Shown: positions 61,684 through 64,000 of the stretch, piece by piece
Position numbering within the stretch: position 1 is the stretch's first letter
How the letters are laid out: every line of letters begins with the position of its first letter
NCBI GenBank assembly: GCA_026415195.1
Contig: JAOAHO010000008.1
Location: 7,178-71,177 of the forward strand
Reading direction: 5' to 3'
Source of the DNA: Bacteroidia bacterium
Lineage (GTDB): Bacteria > Bacteroidota > Bacteroidia > B-17B0 > Aurantibacillaceae
DNA length: 64,000 bases
Notes under the pieces: generated by a model
Seen by the model: only the letters and a program-made list of their open reading frames with translations
The model's database searches: none
What the model was told of the DNA's origin: nothing
Made by a program: the position numbers and the translations under genes

Positions 61684-62037
61684 ATGAATAAATTTTTTTT
61701 AAGCTTTATACTAATATTAAATTTTATTGAATGTACCAAGCATAAAGCAAGGCCACTTCCACAGAAACTAGACACCTCCTACTGTGACACACCTTCTTAT
61801 GCCAATCAAATTCAACCACTTTTAAATGCAAATTGTGTATCATGCCACGGTTCCGGAAATCCAAACGGTGATTTTACCAATTATGCCGGTACTATCCAAA
61901 AAATACAAGGTTCAAACCCTTTCAAAAACCGTGTTTTGGAAAACCCCAACAATCCAATGCCCCCTTCAGGCCAGCTCCCTGCCGATAAAAGAAAAATCAT
62001 TGAATGCTGGCTTAAAGCAGGTGCCCCAAATAATTGA
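61684..62037 (+). CDS. Small lipoprotein with a PSCyt1-like c-type cytochrome domain (CxxCH)
   Basis: 117 aa with a lipoprotein-like signal ending in Cys. The segment IQPLLNANCVSCHG...NPMPPSG.L....R.II.CWL.AGA resembles the Planctomycete cytochrome C (PSCyt1) domain. Confidence 0.65.
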   Translation: MNKFFLSFILILNFIECTKHKARPLPQKLDTSYCDTPSYANQIQPLLNANCVSCHGSGNPNGDFTNYAGTIQKIQGSNPFKNRVLENPNNPMPPSGQLPADKRKIIECWLKAGAPNN

Positions 62038-62153
62038 ACCGTCATTTTTATTCAGTAAATGTTGCTCTTGAATTTAAACATGTGTTATTTAAAAAAATTA
62101 ATATATTTTGATTTTTTAGTGAGAAAAAATTATACAGAATTCGTAATAACAAC

Positions 62154-62768
62154 TTAAAAACCATAAGTTTTTTTCATCCATTCGGATAAGATTTTTTCTG
62201 AAGTGTTGTTGCTTTGGTTCAGATATTCCCAAATTCTTTTTCTGTCTTCCAACGGTTTGTTTTGGCTCAATTTTTTCTGTGCATGAATTTCCTTAATCTC
62301 CATTTCAAACACCGTAATTTCCTTCTTCATCACCTGTTTGTAATTATCCGGCAAATTATTCCATTGTTGAATAAATTTCCCTTCATGCCGCAAAATGGTT
62401 TTAACCAATACTTCTTCTTTTTCATTATCCTCTTTTAGAACTTTTCCCTTGCCATATACGTGAACCGATAAATAATTCCACGTAGGGACGTTCAATTGAT
62501 GGGAATACAATTCAGGTGAAATATAAGCATGCGGGCCTTGGAATACGGCCATTAAGTTGCAACCGTCAATATAGCCGCTTTGTTCGTTGTGCGAAGCGAT
62601 GTGGCCGTAAAGAAATTTTTTTTGATTAACCGTCTTCAACAAAAAAGGCAAATGGGTTCCCCATAACCTGCTGTCGTTTTGTGTAATCAAAAGCCCGAAA
62701 TTAAATTCCGTGATGAAATCGAATATTTCTTTTTCGTCTTCCCAACGGAATGCATGTGGAATGTACAT
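62154..62768 (-). CDS. PaiB family FMN-binding negative transcriptional regulator
   Basis: 204 aa with the N-terminus MYIP..F....E.EIFDFI....FG.L and a pyridoxamine-phosphate-oxidase-like fold pattern. Confidence 0.8.
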   Translation of the reverse strand: MYIPHAFRWEDEKEIFDFITEFNFGLLITQNDSRLWGTHLPFLLKTVNQKKFLYGHIASHNEQSGYIDGCNLMAVFQGPHAYISPELYSHQLNVPTWNYLSVHVYGKGKVLKEDNEKEEVLVKTILRHEGKFIQQWNNLPDNYKQVMKKEITVFEMEIKEIHAQKKLSQNKPLEDRKRIWEYLNQSNNTSEKILSEWMKKTYGF

Positions 62769-62771
62769 AAC

Positions 62772-64000
62772 TCACATATTTCTCCTGTATTGCCCTCCCA
62801 CTTCAAACAAGGCATTAGTTATTTGACCCAATGTGCAGTATTTCACACATTCCATCAATTGTTCAAACATGTTTTTGTTCTGAATAGCAGCTTTTTTGAG
62901 TTCAGCAAGCGCAATATCTGATTCCTTTTTCCATGTGTTCCAAATGTTGTTTCGGGTGGCAATTTGCTGTTCTTTCTCTTCTGTGGTACTTCTTATAACT
63001 TCGGCAGGAATGATGGTGGGACTTCCTTTGCTGGAAAGGAATGTATTAACCCCAATAATAGGATATTCACCGCTATGTTTCAAAGTTTCGTAATACAGGC
63101 TCTCTTCCTGAATTTTATTTCGTTGATACATGGTTTCCATAGCTCCCAACACACCTCCGCGTTCGGTAATACGGTCGAACTCTGAAAGCACGGCTTCCTC
63201 CACCAAATCGGTGAGTTCTTCAATGATGAAAGAACCTTGCAGCGGGTTTTCGTTTTTGGCAAGACCCAATTCTTTGTTGATGATTAACTGTATGGCCATA
63301 GCCCTTCGCACAGATTCTTCCGTGGGCGTGGTGATGGCCTCGTCGTATGCGTTCGTGTGAAGGGAATTACAATTGTCATATATGGCGTAAAGCGCCTGCA
63401 GGGTGGTGCGAATATCATTGAAATCAATTTCCTGTGCGTGGAGTGAGCGGCCGGAGGTTTGAATATGATATTTAAGCATTTGGGAACGTTCGTTAGCTCC
63501 GTATTTTAATTTCATAGCCTTCGATCAGATCCTTCGGGCAACGCGGCCAATCACGCTGTATTCAGGGTCTATGCCGTTACTGAAAAAGAATGATAGGTTA
63601 GGCGCAAAATCGTTGATGTTCATGCCCCTGCTTAAATAATACTCCACATAGGTAAATCCGTTACTGAGGGTTAAAGCCAACTGAGTAATGGGATTAGCAC
63701 CAGCTTCGGCTATATGATAACCGCTTATAGACACTGAATAAAAATTCCTGACTTTGTTTTTAATAAAATACTCCTGTACATCGCCCATCATGCGCAGTGA
63801 AAACTCAGTACTGAAAATGCAGGTATTTTGTGCCTGGTCTTCCTTTAGAATGTCGGCCTGAACCGTTCCGCGAACCTTACTTAAGGCATCTTTTTTGATG
63901 TTCTCATAAACTTCCCTGTCTAAAACTTTATCTCCTGGAATGCCGAGTAGCAATAAGCCTAATCCGTTGTTTCCTTCCGGCAGATTAGGAGCATGATATA
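62772..64000 (-). pseudogene. Methylmalonyl-CoA mutase family substrate-binding (TIM-barrel) region, IcmF/IcmA-like. It is interrupted by one in-frame TGA and is 5'-partial at the window edge.
   Basis: The two track ORFs (62772-63515 and 63525-63953) are in the same frame. The join reads [53 protein letters not shown]. The frame is open to position 64000. The protein ends in GGQYRRNM with no C-terminal B12 domain. Confidence 0.8.

Noticed and set aside
63525-63527. Alternative genetic code (TGA = Trp, code 4) as an explanation for the in-frame TGA.
   Set aside because: Many genes here terminate at TGA with well-placed ends and ATGA overlaps (toxin ORF, dapA, ComEC, alaS, EVE). No other in-frame TGA interrupts roughly 55 kb of coding sequence, including the 2473-aa SprA ORF.

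Overview
An AT-rich chromosomal segment that looks like a Bacteroidota genome. The evidence is the T9SS translocon gene sprA, a giant cell-surface protein with a type B T9SS C-terminal sorting domain, TAnnTTTG-type promoter motifs, a Bacteroides-style thiamine operon, and an F-ATPase operon without beta/epsilon. Coding density is very high: about 56 CDS, many with ATGA or 1-20 nt overlaps. I found one RNase P RNA (rnpB) and one TPP riboswitch. I found no tRNA, rRNA, CRISPR array, transposase or integrase. Most of the window is ordinary housekeeping: maeB-ruvA-sprA, pyrR-like, dapA, queA, atpBEFHAG, pyrD, HMG-CoA lyase, ilvE, alaS, fahA, clpS, aconitase, thiS-C-E-D-E-G-H-F, and an IcmF/IcmA-like mutase. 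Three parts look accessory or less routine. (1) At the left edge, a 5'-truncated start-less RHS C-terminal cassette abuts sprA and carries an HExxH toxin module I could not assign to a family. (2) A 1265-aa adhesin (polyglycine-rich domain, 8 Cys-pair Ig-like repeats, PKD, type B CTD) sits 4 nt upstream of a GT39/ArnT-like glycosyltransferase. (3) A tightly packed six-gene envelope-glycan operon encodes Wzx, two Wzz-like proteins, an O-antigen-ligase-like protein, DUF4197 and YfhO. A mutase gene is interrupted by one in-frame TGA at a conserved Trp. I do not see a clear self-contained novel multi-gene system such as a defence island. The findings below are the best candidates, and all functional calls rest on my motif and family recognition without any database search.
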